Under the pieces are notes generated by a model. The model did not search any database. It saw nothing but the letters and a program-made list of their open reading frames with translations, and was not told where the DNA came from. Below, one piece after another: positions 43,513 through 53,858 of a DNA stretch of 64,000 bases. The DNA lies in the IMG/VR virus record IMGVR_UViG_3300026549_000029, positions 223,869 through 287,868 of that record; one strand, 5' to 3'. The translations under genes were made by a program, and so were the position numbers. The DNA comes from a virus. Its lineage: Duplodnaviria; Caudoviricetes. How positions within the stretch are numbered: the first letter of the stretch is position 1; each line of letters opens with the position of its first letter.

Positions 43513-44291
43513 CTTTTGATGAGTATATTAAAAATCCTGCTGGTAAAGGTGCATCTGTTATTACCAATAGACAGATGTATCAAAATATGTATCAAAAACA
43601 ATTTGATGAATTATTAGTTAGAGAAAATGGACTAATAATGTATAATTTATATGTAGGTAGTGATGATTATTTTATACATTTAAAAATACCATCTGAAATA
43701 AGTCCAAAATTCTATTATGATACAGTAATTAGATTTTATCCTGCTAAGAGTACTGTAAGAATGGAGAAAACCTTAAAGAATTATGATGTACAATTTTATT
43801 CTAATGATGCTAATTTCATTTTTACATATTGCTATGCTTTTAATTCTAGACGAATGTTTATAAAAGACTTATCTTCTAAAATGAGTGAATTAGCATTAAA
43901 ACAGAAAGCTAAAATTAAGAATCCTAGAAATGAATTAGGATATGTAAAATCTATATTTTTTGCTTATTTAGAAATAAAGAGAGGAGATTTATTTACTAAA
44001 TCAAGATGGGAAACTCTTGCTAAAAAATATAGTAAAAATGTATGGGCTCAAACAGTAGAACATGCAGATGATAAAATAAGAAAAGCTAATGAATTAATTA
44101 ATGCTGATAGAAAAACTAAAAAGAGATTAGAGAATAAAGAGAAGAATCAGAATGATAAATTTATGAAATCATCTGTTCCTGTAACTTCTAAATTTAAATC
44201 TCCTAATCAGAAGAATTTTGGTCATTTTAAAAAACCACATATAGACAAACTAGTTAATACAGATAATAAAATAGGGCACTATAAGAAATAG
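43509..44291 (+). CDS. Hypothetical phage protein (basic)
   Basis: 260 aa, ATGA overlap with the previous gene. Confidence 0.75.
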   Translation: MTFDEYIKNPAGKGASVITNRQMYQNMYQKQFDELLVRENGLIMYNLYVGSDDYFIHLKIPSEISPKFYYDTVIRFYPAKSTVRMEKTLKNYDVQFYSNDANFIFTYCYAFNSRRMFIKDLSSKMSELALKQKAKIKNPRNELGYVKSIFFAYLEIKRGDLFTKSRWETLAKKYSKNVWAQTVEHADDKIRKANELINADRKTKKRLENKEKNQNDKFMKSSVPVTSKFKSPNQKNFGHFKKPHIDKLVNTDNKIGHYKK

Positions 44292-44377
44292 TGCAAAAAT
44301 AATAATAAATATATATTATAAATATGGAAGTTGTAAAGACTTCTTTTAACTCGTTAACAATTGTACATTAGGGAGAA

Positions 44378-45979
44378 ATGTGCAGCATGAGTGAAGAATA
44401 CACAAAAATAACGGAAGGAAAAGTTCCAGCTGTTTACTTCATGGATAAAGTACAGCGAAGAGCAAAATCAAATCAAGGACAAGGATTTGTTCCTGTGGAC
44501 CAGTGGTGGCCACAGGAGATGGAAGAAGTTATTATTAACTGTAGACCAGGATTCTTTATTGCACCTTTAAGTGTATATTTTGATATCTCTATGAATCTTG
44601 GTGATAATTTTAATAAGTTTATTTTATCTACTAAAAAATGCTATAACTCTGTAGCCATGAGAGAACATTTATTTAGATATATTAATTATTTTTGTAATTA
44701 TTATGATACAGATAATGAATATTTATCTGTATTAGTTGCTATGAAATCTAAAATAGATAGATTTGAAGTTTCTACATATCCTATAGATGTATTTTTCTAT
44801 GATATGGAGAGATATATTATTTATTCAAATATTGCAAATAAAGTACAACAGATGGTTAATGATAATTATTATCAGGTATTAAATTATACTAATATTAAAT
44901 CACCATCTTTACAGTATACAAATGATCATGCTAAGTTACTTCATAAGATGTCAATTATTATGGATCTTTGTATACCACTTTTAACTAACTATGCTTATAT
45001 GCATAGATTAGATACAAAAATTGATGATTATTTATTAAGCTTCTATGATAGAATTCTTCATATGGATAATTCTATTAATATTTATTCTAAACTCTATGAT
45101 ACTGCATATACTAATGTAATAGCTAATCAAAAGAATAATCAAGGTATTTGGATTAAACAGGATATCAGATCTATAGATATTACTACACATTCTACAGATT
45201 CTGTTATGAATATTATTCTTAATATAATGCCTAAATATACTTTTGATAAGAATATCATTAGTTTTAACTATGCTAGTATTAGAAAGAATACATCATATAA
45301 GATTACAGATATTTCATTTGAGTATTCATACGTTCCTATTTCTTCATCTAAGAGAGATAATGATTCTATTTCGGATTTTGATAAGTTTGAAAGTAATCTT
45401 ATTAGAATGAATGAAGGTTTATATCTTCAAAATAAAATTAATGGTCAAGTATGTATGAAGAATATTGAAGTACAATTTGGTCCATTTGATCCTTTAGAAA
45501 TAGATCTCTATATGAAAAATGTATTAATGACACCAGATGGGAATTATACTATTAATTCTTTCCAAAAACAGTTAATCTTTTCAATGTTTTATCGTTGGTT
45601 TAAAGATACTCAAAGTATTCATTCTATTAATAGGGAAGAATATGTTAAGCTGATAATAGCTGCTAAGAGAATTTTGAAAAGTAAAAATATGATAATACTT
45701 CCCTATATTATTTCTGGTAAAGTAGAGAAGCTAGTCAGTAGAAAAACTATCAATAAAAAAGAAAAGATATTGGTAGAAGCCTCACCTTCTTATCCGAGAA
45801 TATTGGAGAAATATAAAAATGAAAACATAATAGATAATATTCTTAGTATTATTGCTACTATTATTTCATCTGACTTTAGTATTGTAGATATGGACCCATC
45901 TATAAATGGAAAGAGACTTGAAACTGTAGCTATAAATATTATTATTGAAGAAGTAGAAACTTTCATTTTAATGTGTTAA
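44378..45979 (+). CDS. Hypothetical helical phage protein, 533 aa
   Basis: Long ORF, GGGAG RBS, early-type promoter motif upstream; no motif recognised with confidence. Confidence 0.75.
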   Translation: MCSMSEEYTKITEGKVPAVYFMDKVQRRAKSNQGQGFVPVDQWWPQEMEEVIINCRPGFFIAPLSVYFDISMNLGDNFNKFILSTKKCYNSVAMREHLFRYINYFCNYYDTDNEYLSVLVAMKSKIDRFEVSTYPIDVFFYDMERYIIYSNIANKVQQMVNDNYYQVLNYTNIKSPSLQYTNDHAKLLHKMSIIMDLCIPLLTNYAYMHRLDTKIDDYLLSFYDRILHMDNSINIYSKLYDTAYTNVIANQKNNQGIWIKQDIRSIDITTHSTDSVMNIILNIMPKYTFDKNIISFNYASIRKNTSYKITDISFEYSYVPISSSKRDNDSISDFDKFESNLIRMNEGLYLQNKINGQVCMKNIEVQFGPFDPLEIDLYMKNVLMTPDGNYTINSFQKQLIFSMFYRWFKDTQSIHSINREEYVKLIIAAKRILKSKNMIILPYIISGKVEKLVSRKTINKKEKILVEASPSYPRILEKYKNENIIDNILSIIATIISSDFSIVDMDPSINGKRLETVAINIIIEEVETFILMC

Positions 45980-46096
45980 TTGGGATATTATTGAGGAAGG
46001 GATAAATTCCTTCCTCAATATTTTTTTAATTTATTTTTTAAATAGATATTATAATAATGAATCTATTAATAATTTATTTTTAAAAAGGAGGAATAT

Positions 46097-46267
46097 ATGG
46101 GTAAAGTAATTGAATATTTTTGTGATAGATGTAAAGAAAGAATTAATATGAGAGACGTTACAAAAATAATATATAATGACTATATTTTTGATCCTACTGA
46201 ATTTTATTTATGCTATAAGTGTAATAAAGATTTTGAAAAATTTATGAAAAATGAAAAGGATAAATAA
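46097..46267 (+). CDS. Small zinc-finger-like protein (CDRC...CYKC), 56 aa
   Basis: Read manually; AGGAGG RBS. Confidence 0.65.
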   Translation: MGKVIEYFCDRCKERINMRDVTKIIYNDYIFDPTEFYLCYKCNKDFEKFMKNEKDK

Positions 46268-46268
46268 A

Positions 46269-46496
46269 ATGAAAAACTCTAAAATATTTCTTAAAACAGA
46301 TGATGGAACTTTAGTACTTTTTGATTTTCAGAAAATAGATATTTTAATACTTAATAAAGATCAGAATATTCTTATTATTTGCTATGAAGGTATGGAATAT
46401 ACTTTTAGTGTAAAAGAATCATTTGATAAATTAGATAAATGCTTAAAAAATGAAATCTGTAATTTTAAGTGCGAAGAAAAGGAGGATAATAAATGA
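46269..46496 (+). CDS. Small hypothetical protein
   Basis: ORF 46251..46496; likely start MKNSK after AAGGA. Confidence 0.55.
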   Translation: MKNSKIFLKTDDGTLVLFDFQKIDILILNKDQNILIICYEGMEYTFSVKESFDKLDKCLKNEICNFKCEEKEDNK

Positions 46497-46699
46497 TTGA
46501 TACGTGTATCGGTTGTAAGCATAATGGTAAATGGGAGAATGAAATAGAATATGGATGCAGTTCTCCTTGTACAAGATGTAAAAGAAGATGCCATGATAAT
46601 TATGAAACTAATGTAACAGAAATTAAAAGTAATGAGATTGAAGAAGAAGATGATCTTGATTTTGAAAATTTAGACATTGATATGGAGGATATCAAATGA
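46493..46699 (+). CDS. Small Cys-rich protein
   Basis: CIGC...PCTRCKR; GGAGG RBS. Confidence 0.65.
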   Translation: MIDTCIGCKHNGKWENEIEYGCSSPCTRCKRRCHDNYETNVTEIKSNEIEEEDDLDFENLDIDMEDIK

Positions 46700-47004
46700 T
46701 TGTCTTGGAAGGTTTTAGTCTTTTAGGAAATAGAAACAAATGTGAATTTATGGAATCTATGAATCCCGATAATTTATATAATGAAATGATGCAATATAGA
46801 CATAAATTTGGTGAATCATTTGGTATATCTGATATGCTTAAAATTAAAGAAATTGAATCTAGAGCTTTAATAGCAGAAGCTATTGAAGATGCTCCTGAAT
46901 TTCTGTTTCATCAGCTTGCTTTATATAGAAATGATGGTCCAACATCAATTGTTGATGCTATTGATGCTGTTGCAGAAGCTATTTCTGGAAGTCAATTGAT
47001 GTAA
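46696..47004 (+). CDS. Hypothetical protein
   Basis: 102 aa, GGAGG RBS. Confidence 0.7.
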   Translation: MIVLEGFSLLGNRNKCEFMESMNPDNLYNEMMQYRHKFGESFGISDMLKIKEIESRALIAEAIEDAPEFLFHQLALYRNDGPTSIVDAIDAVAEAISGSQLM

Positions 47005-47072
47005 TAATAATGCATAAAAAGGTTATTGAATACAAAAATACTTCTTTATAATATAAAAAATAAGGAGTATTT

Positions 47073-47334
47073 TATGTCATATGACCCAAAGCATCATATT
47101 TTAAAAATATATCTTTCTGATGAAAAAGAAGTATACATTAATTTAGATAATATCATTATGTATTCTATAGAAAAGAATAAATATGGTAATTATTCCATTT
47201 TATTATATGTATCTTCATCGGATAATAAAATTGAAGTAAATGATGTTCCAAGAGAAACGGTAGAATTATTTAAACAGTATGTAACTAACCGTTTTGATAT
47301 TATTGATATTGATAAATATAGAAATGGAGTTTAA
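47073..47334 (+). CDS. Hypothetical protein
   Basis: ORF 47026..47334; internal ATG (MSYDPK, ~47073) has an AAGGAG RBS; start approximate. Confidence 0.55.
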
Positions 47335-47583
47335 ATGTTATATAGAATAAAAGAATCTAAAGATCTCAATAGAGTTCAAAATATAGTAGTTAATCTTTAT
47401 GGAGTAGAATATTATACTTATAATTATTCTATTAAAAATGAAAATATTGTAGATGTAGGTATTTTTACTTGTAATAGAGAAATTAGAGTAATAATGACAA
47501 AAGAAGAATTTACAGATTTTGAAAAAGCTGTAAATACCGTATATGGTAAACCTGTTAATCATGCTTTTGGACAAAAAATTTAA
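47335..47583 (+). CDS. Hypothetical protein
   Basis: 82 aa, GGAG RBS. Confidence 0.6.
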   Translation: MLYRIKESKDLNRVQNIVVNLYGVEYYTYNYSIKNENIVDVGIFTCNREIRVIMTKEEFTDFEKAVNTVYGKPVNHAFGQKI

Positions 47584-47611
47584 TTAAAATTTATTATACT
47601 ATGTACTTTAA

Positions 47612-47835
47612 AATAATAGGAGATGGCGGAAGAGATAGACGCACAGGGAGATTAGCATCCATGTACTGATCATATATGGACAAGAAAACTCTTAGAATTA
47701 GTGACCAGTGTCCACTCCAACGATTAGGAGGTCATGTTAGCTAACTGTAATTCTGAGAGGTGCTCTTTCTATCTAAAGAGTAGAATACCCATCAAGCTAG
47801 TCGTGGGGAGTTAAATGCTCCCCTCTCCTATTATT
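47612..47835 (+). ncRNA. tRNA-like structured ncRNA with a large internal insertion
   Basis: 12-bp terminal stem, D-arm-like TGGCGGAAGAGATAGACGC, T-arm-like GGGGAG-TTAAATG-CTCCCC and several internal helices; GC-rich island in an AT-rich intergenic gap. Confidence 0.65.
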
Positions 47836-47860
47836 ATTTTTTATTTATAGGGAGAATAAA

Positions 47861-48340
47861 ATGAGCACTACAAAAGATATAAGCAAAATGTCAGTACCAC
47901 TTGGAGATTTAAATTCTATAGATCCTAATCAAGCAGATCAATTTCAATTACTATTTGCAGAAATGGATGGAGGAAACTTATTTCCCGTCTTTTTTAATTT
48001 AAAAGATGAATTGTATGTTGCTATGCTTGGTAATATGATATATGATTATGGTATTAGCCATATTGGAGAAACTGTTAATTCTTTAATGACAGATAAAAAT
48101 AAATTTATGTTTTCTTTACCACAGATGAGTTTTAAATCTCATATATTACCAAATGAATTATTAAAATATAGAGAAATATTTTTTGTAATGTGTGAATTAC
48201 CTATGATGAAAGAATTTTTTAAAGCAAATCTCCCAATGGTGATTTCAATCTCTACAGAAAATTCTGGTAAAGCTGTGAACATAAATAGATTATCCGATTA
48301 TGAAATAAGATTTGATGTTGATTTAACTGGAAAGGATTAA
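47861..48340 (+). CDS. Hypothetical protein
   Basis: 159 aa, GGGAG RBS. Confidence 0.7.
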   Translation: MSTTKDISKMSVPLGDLNSIDPNQADQFQLLFAEMDGGNLFPVFFNLKDELYVAMLGNMIYDYGISHIGETVNSLMTDKNKFMFSLPQMSFKSHILPNELLKYREIFFVMCELPMMKEFFKANLPMVISISTENSGKAVNINRLSDYEIRFDVDLTGKD

Positions 48341-48388
48341 AGAAAGAGAATTTACATTCTCTTTCTTTACTTTATTGGAGAAGATAAA

Positions 48389-48742
48389 ATGAATAATGTT
48401 ATATTAGTATATTTATTATTTACAGATATTGCTTTTATTGTTATTAACAGTATATTTCAATTTTTTAAATATAAAATATATAATACTGAAGCAGGAAAAT
48501 TTGTATCAATAGCACTTATGATAATAGGTTTATCTACTGCTATTTTATCTAAATTAGATAAAAGTAGAGATCAGAATATTGTATTATTTCATTTAGGAAT
48601 GATGGCTGGATTAATACTTGTATTTATAATTGTAGTATTTGCATCATTAATAATTATGGATATAAAACCTATATTATTAATAATTGCATTTTTATTAATC
48701 CCTTTATTAATTATATCTATTATATTATCTTTTAAAGAATAG
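48389..48742 (+). CDS. Small multi-pass membrane protein
   Basis: 117 aa with about 4 hydrophobic segments. Confidence 0.7.
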   Translation: MNNVILVYLLFTDIAFIVINSIFQFFKYKIYNTEAGKFVSIALMIIGLSTAILSKLDKSRDQNIVLFHLGMMAGLILVFIIVVFASLIIMDIKPILLIIAFLLIPLLIISIILSFKE

Positions 48743-48805
48743 TCTCTATTCTTAATCTTAATTATATATTATAATAATGAAGGTTAAGATAAAGGAGATT
48801 ATAAT

Positions 48806-49864
48806 ATGAATAATAGTTATGAATTTGGTAATCAATTTACTCAATTTATAATGTCTAATATACCAAATGCTAAATTGGTATCTTCTGGTAGAGAAATATG
48901 TTGTAATTGTTTTTATTGCGAACAAAATAGAACATCTGATCACGGTCATATGTATATAAAAATTCCTCAAAGTAAAGAAGAAGCTGCAGTATTTCATTGC
49001 TTTAAATGTTTAACTTCAGGAGTTATAACTTCTTCTAAATTAACAGAATGGGGAATATATAATCCAGAAATTGGAACAGAAATAGATAAACAGGTTAAAG
49101 CTGCTGTAAAAGCAAATAAATTTAAAGGATTCTCTTCTATTCATTATCCAATATATAATTATGTATTTAATATTTCATTAGCAAATATTAAATTGCAATA
49201 TATAAAAGATAGAATAGGAGTATCTCTTTCTATAGAAGAATGTTTAAAACAAAAAATAATATTAAATTTAAAAGATATATTAGAATATAGATATAATAAT
49301 ATTACACAATTAACTAGACATCCTAATATAGTACAAGCATTAAATGATAACTTTGTAGGATTTTTATCTTTAGATAATAATTTTGTTAATCTTAGAAGAA
49401 TATGTCCAGAAGGATTATTGTATAAAGGTATAGATAAGAGATATATTAATTATAATATTCATGGAAAGATGGATAATACAGAAAAGATGTATGTAATGCC
49501 AATTAGTATAGATTTAACTATACCGAAGAGAATACAGATACATATAGCAGAAGGTCCTTTTGATATATTAAGTATAAAGTATAATTTAAGAAGAAATGAA
49601 GAAGGAATATTTGCTGCTGTAACTGGAACTAGTTATTTAGGATTTATAATTCATCTAATTATAAATTATGAGATATTCTTCTTTGATTTACATATATATC
49701 CAGATAATGATAAGCATGGTTCTGATGAGGTAATGAGATCTATTAAAGATTTTATTAAACCTTATGGAGCAAGTTTATATATACACAGAAATAATAGTAT
49801 TGGTGAAAAAGATTTTGGAGTAACACCAGATAGAATTAATGAAATAGTATATAATTTCAATTAG
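48806..49864 (+). CDS. DNA primase (Zn-binding + TOPRIM)
   Basis: CFYC...H...FHCFKC zinc domain; IAEGPFDILS and YPDND TOPRIM motifs. Confidence 0.82.
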   Translation: MNNSYEFGNQFTQFIMSNIPNAKLVSSGREICCNCFYCEQNRTSDHGHMYIKIPQSKEEAAVFHCFKCLTSGVITSSKLTEWGIYNPEIGTEIDKQVKAAVKANKFKGFSSIHYPIYNYVFNISLANIKLQYIKDRIGVSLSIEECLKQKIILNLKDILEYRYNNITQLTRHPNIVQALNDNFVGFLSLDNNFVNLRRICPEGLLYKGIDKRYINYNIHGKMDNTEKMYVMPISIDLTIPKRIQIHIAEGPFDILSIKYNLRRNEEGIFAAVTGTSYLGFIIHLIINYEIFFFDLHIYPDNDKHGSDEVMRSIKDFIKPYGASLYIHRNNSIGEKDFGVTPDRINEIVYNFN

Positions 49865-50044
49865 ATAATATAATAATGATAGAACATGAGTGTTCATTGT
49901 ACCACCTATGGTGGTCGCACTATTTCTCCTAATGCCCCTAGAGTATCCATGGCTCTAGGGGCAAAAATATTTATTTTATTTTTTCTTTAAAACTATAAAA
50001 TTGAACTTTATATTAATATTCCCTTTATGGAGGATCTTTGAATT

Positions 50045-52657
50045 ATGGTTAGTAAACCATTAAATTTAAAGTATGTTTACAAAAGACAAAGATATCTTGA
50101 GAAAAGAAAAACAATTACAGAATCTGCAGATATGATTGATCTTTCTAATGTTCCAAATGATTCTATTTATAAATGGAAGTTAGAAACTTTCTTTAATAAC
50201 TGTACAGATTATAAAGATGCTATTTCTATTCTTGAGTCTCTATATAAAGATGATAGATATGACTTACTTGAGAAATATTGTCAAGTAGTTATAAATGATA
50301 TTATTCCTCTTGTAGAGAATTCTAATTTTGGTGATTGTTTAGATACTATTAGATCCTCTAATATAGGAGAGGTTAATTCTGATAGATTATTAGAGACTGT
50401 TAAGATGTATAAATCTATAGATAGAATTATTAAAAATCATAAAAATCTATCTAATAAATTTAAATTAGAATCTTTCTCTAATAAAGCTAAGTCTAATAAA
50501 GAAAGAATCTTTACCATTTGTGAAGATGTAGATACATATACAATATCTCCTTTTATTAAGATGAATATTGTATTAGAAGAGTTATCTTATTTATATTACT
50601 CAGAAGGAATTGAAATTGATCCTTCTGATATTGTATATGAAGTTACCGATTATTTTTTATTAAGAGATAATAATACTAAAGAAGATATTGATTCTTATAA
50701 AAGAGCTATTAATGAATCTAAAGTTCTTCCTTTAGCTTCTGATAAAAGCGTTAGATTCTTATATACAGAAGATACTAATACTAATAATTATTGGCTTTCA
50801 AGATTATATAATTGGAAAATAGATTCTAATAAGAATATTGATTCTCTTATAGAAATTGCAAGAGATAATCTTGAAAATAATGTAGCATTATCTACTATTA
50901 ATGAGACTTTAAAAGATTTCTCTAGAGTAAATTCTATTGAATATAATCCTAAAGCTATTTTTGAAGGATTAGATTCTTTTTCTCATAAAGAAGTTTCTAA
51001 TATTATTGGTCTTATTAAAGAAAATAATATTCAGGATATAGATTCTCTAGTAGATACCCTTAACTGCATTTGGGAAGCTGGAGTTAATGATGAAATTTAT
51101 TATGCTGATGGTAATAAAGAAAGGATGAGTTTTACTTCTAATGAAATTAATCCTTTTAAAATTCATAACTTAATTACTGATTCTCAAGATGCTGGGGAAT
51201 TTTTATCTACCATAGAGAAAACTTCTGCTAAAGAATCTCCTCTTAATATTCATAGAATTAAAAGAGAAGATGATAATATTAATGAAAATAATATTATTAA
51301 TCATATAGATTCTAATGAACATATTTCTACAGTATTAGCTTCTTATAGTTATGAAGGAACTATTGAAGAAGCTTATAATTTTATTAATCCTGTAATACAA
51401 TGCTTGAATAATATTCTTTATAATAAAGATTCTTATGCTTACTTTACTTTAGGTGAGAATAGTTTTGATGTTTGCTTAAGAAGCAAATATTCTGTCATTC
51501 TATCTGAAGCTCAAATTGTAGAAAAAGGATTTACTAATTATGAGAAATCTTTGATTTGTAATTTAAATGAAATTTCTAATAGATTAGAAACTCTTACTGA
51601 GACTCCTATACTTGCTATTATGGATAAATTACATGATAGAAAGTATGCTGCTACTATTACTGCTGAAGAAGCAGGATTAGTATATGAGATTCTTAGTCCT
51701 TATTTAGAAGCAGGAAATGATAATGCTTTCACAGATTTTATTTCTCTTTGTAGAGAGGAAGCTAATCCTAGATATAATTATATAAAGTATACCTGTTCAA
51801 ATATTGATAGAGATACTTTTGATCTCTATGAAGATCATCAAGAGAGATTAGATTTCTGTGCTCAAGTTATGGGTATAAGTGAAGATGCAATTAATAGAGC
51901 TAAAGGAAATTTAAAAGCTGCTGTTAATGATCTTAATCCTGCTAATAAAATCAGAGGAGCTATTAAAACTCCTGGAGCCGTAGATTATAATACTGCCCAT
52001 AATACAAAAGAGATTAAGCAAGCTAATAATAAAGCTTCTGCTGCACAACAGCAACAACCTGTTGAAGATAAGCAGAAACAGAAACCTGAGAAGAAACCTC
52101 TTAGTTTAAATGATCTTAGATTAGCCTGGACTGGTATTAAAGGAAAACTTAAGAATCTTTCTACAAAAGAGAAAGAATTCTCTAGAGATCTTGATATGGA
52201 GTTTAATCATCTCTGTAAAGGTATTGAGTCTAGTTTATCTACCGATCATAGAGAAGAGATTATTACTGGACAGGTAAAAAGAAGTCTTTCTAAATCTATT
52301 AAGATTCTTATGGCTTGGGCTGGTATTGGAGCTGTTGCTGGTACTGCTACAGCTGCTGGAACAGCTGTAGGTGCTGCTACATTTGCTATATTGGGACCTA
52401 TTGTTATGTGGGCTAAATCAGCATATACTTCTAGAAAAGAAAAGATGCTGATATTAGATGAAATTGATATAGAACTTAAAGTATTAGAAAGAGAAATTCA
52501 AAGAGCTGAAGGATCTGGATCTACTAAGAAATATAGAGCTTTACTTACTATTCAGAAAAACCTTCAGAGAAGAAGACAGGAAATCTATTATGGTCTTGCT
52601 AGAAAAGGTAGTAGAATTCCTATGGAGCCTGTATCTGGACTTAGAGGAAGGGAGTAA
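50045..52657 (+). CDS. Probable virion/head-associated protein
   Basis: 870 aa, GGAGG RBS, in the capsid operon, hydrophobic Gly/Ala segment near the C-terminus. Confidence 0.55.
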   Translation: MVSKPLNLKYVYKRQRYLEKRKTITESADMIDLSNVPNDSIYKWKLETFFNNCTDYKDAISILESLYKDDRYDLLEKYCQVVINDIIPLVENSNFGDCLDTIRSSNIGEVNSDRLLETVKMYKSIDRIIKNHKNLSNKFKLESFSNKAKSNKERIFTICEDVDTYTISPFIKMNIVLEELSYLYYSEGIEIDPSDIVYEVTDYFLLRDNNTKEDIDSYKRAINESKVLPLASDKSVRFLYTEDTNTNNYWLSRLYNWKIDSNKNIDSLIEIARDNLENNVALSTINETLKDFSRVNSIEYNPKAIFEGLDSFSHKEVSNIIGLIKENNIQDIDSLVDTLNCIWEAGVNDEIYYADGNKERMSFTSNEINPFKIHNLITDSQDAGEFLSTIEKTSAKESPLNIHRIKREDDNINENNIINHIDSNEHISTVLASYSYEGTIEEAYNFINPVIQCLNNILYNKDSYAYFTLGENSFDVCLRSKYSVILSEAQIVEKGFTNYEKSLICNLNEISNRLETLTETPILAIMDKLHDRKYAATITAEEAGLVYEILSPYLEAGNDNAFTDFISLCREEANPRYNYIKYTCSNIDRDTFDLYEDHQERLDFCAQVMGISEDAINRAKGNLKAAVNDLNPANKIRGAIKTPGAVDYNTAHNTKEIKQANNKASAAQQQQPVEDKQKQKPEKKPLSLNDLRLAWTGIKGKLKNLSTKEKEFSRDLDMEFNHLCKGIESSLSTDHREEIITGQVKRSLSKSIKILMAWAGIGAVAGTATAAGTAVGAATFAILGPIVMWAKSAYTSRKEKMLILDEIDIELKVLEREIQRAEGSGSTKKYRALLTIQKNLQRRRQEIYYGLARKGSRIPMEPVSGLRGRE

Positions 52658-52662
52658 GATAT

Positions 52663-53703
52663 ATGGCTATATTTAGTTTAGATAATATTAGAAAAAATAA
52701 AATTCGCTATTCTAAATATCTTAATGAAATTCAAGTTAATGGTGAAGATATTAATGATGATGATGACTTTACCATGGATGATGAAGAAGATGAAGATATT
52801 GGAGAAGAGACTCCACAAGATACTGCTCAAGATGCAGTAGAAAATCCTGATGAATCTACAGAACAAGCTGCAGAAGAATTAGGAGCTACTGATGCTACAG
52901 CAGAAGATGATACCGAAACTCCTGCAGAAGGTGATGATACAGATAACTTCACCATGGATGATGAGGATTTATCTACTACAGGAGATGATACTACAGATAC
53001 AGCAAATACTACTGGTAATAATGCTGCTGATGAAGAAGATAATTTTACATTAGAAGATACAGATACTAGTAATGATAATACTGCTGAAACTAATGATAAT
53101 GCTGATAATGCAGCTGGTACTGATGATGCTCCTACTAATACAGAAGGAGATACTAATGCAGATCAGACTGCTGATGCAGGAGCAACAGATGATGGAGCAT
53201 CTGATGATGATTTCACCATGAATGATTCAAATAGTGGTGGTGAAGACACAGCTGAAGGGGATGATACTACTGGAGAAGGTACAGATGAAGGTGGTGGAGA
53301 TACCGATGGAGCTGCAGCAGAAGATGCTCCTCCTGCTGACCCTTCTGATAATATTTCTGATGAAGATATTAAAACTTCTGAAGAACAAATTTATGACTCA
53401 CTTACTGATGACCAAAAACGTATAAGAGTATTACAATTAAAGATAGATTATAAAGATCTATATGAGACTATTATTACTACAAGAGAAGGAATAAATTCTA
53501 TTCCTAAAACAATGGAGAACTTAGATGCTATAAAAAGACTTATTCTTTTTGTAGAAAAAACTAAGAATATCTTAATAGATTATATTCAAAACAACTTTGA
53601 TAAGAATCCTTATTTAGAAAATTATGCTATGTATATTAAGTTTATGTCTGTATTCCGTACTATTTCTAAAGTTATAGAGGATATTAATAACTCTAAAAAA
53701 TAA
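52663..53703 (+). CDS. Acidic low-complexity protein (possible prohead scaffold)
   Basis: D/E/T/A-rich middle with repeated DDFTMDD motif; immediately upstream of the capsid gene. Confidence 0.55.
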   Translation: MAIFSLDNIRKNKIRYSKYLNEIQVNGEDINDDDDFTMDDEEDEDIGEETPQDTAQDAVENPDESTEQAAEELGATDATAEDDTETPAEGDDTDNFTMDDEDLSTTGDDTTDTANTTGNNAADEEDNFTLEDTDTSNDNTAETNDNADNAAGTDDAPTNTEGDTNADQTADAGATDDGASDDDFTMNDSNSGGEDTAEGDDTTGEGTDEGGGDTDGAAAEDAPPADPSDNISDEDIKTSEEQIYDSLTDDQKRIRVLQLKIDYKDLYETIITTREGINSIPKTMENLDAIKRLILFVEKTKNILIDYIQNNFDKNPYLENYAMYIKFMSVFRTISKVIEDINNSKK

Positions 53704-53858
53704 ATTAATAACTAATAAATAAAATATTTAGAAGTAACTCTCTAAGCTTCTATGTATTTTGATAATAAAAATTAAATAAAAATCTATGTATTGTCTAAAT
53801 AACTAGATTGTCTTAACGTCCTTCATTCTAGTTATATAATTACAAGGAGGATTAAATT

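Noticed and set aside
44378-45979. Sigma-like subunit of the non-virion RNAP
   Set aside because: Size and early context fit, but no motif could be recognised; it needs a structure search.
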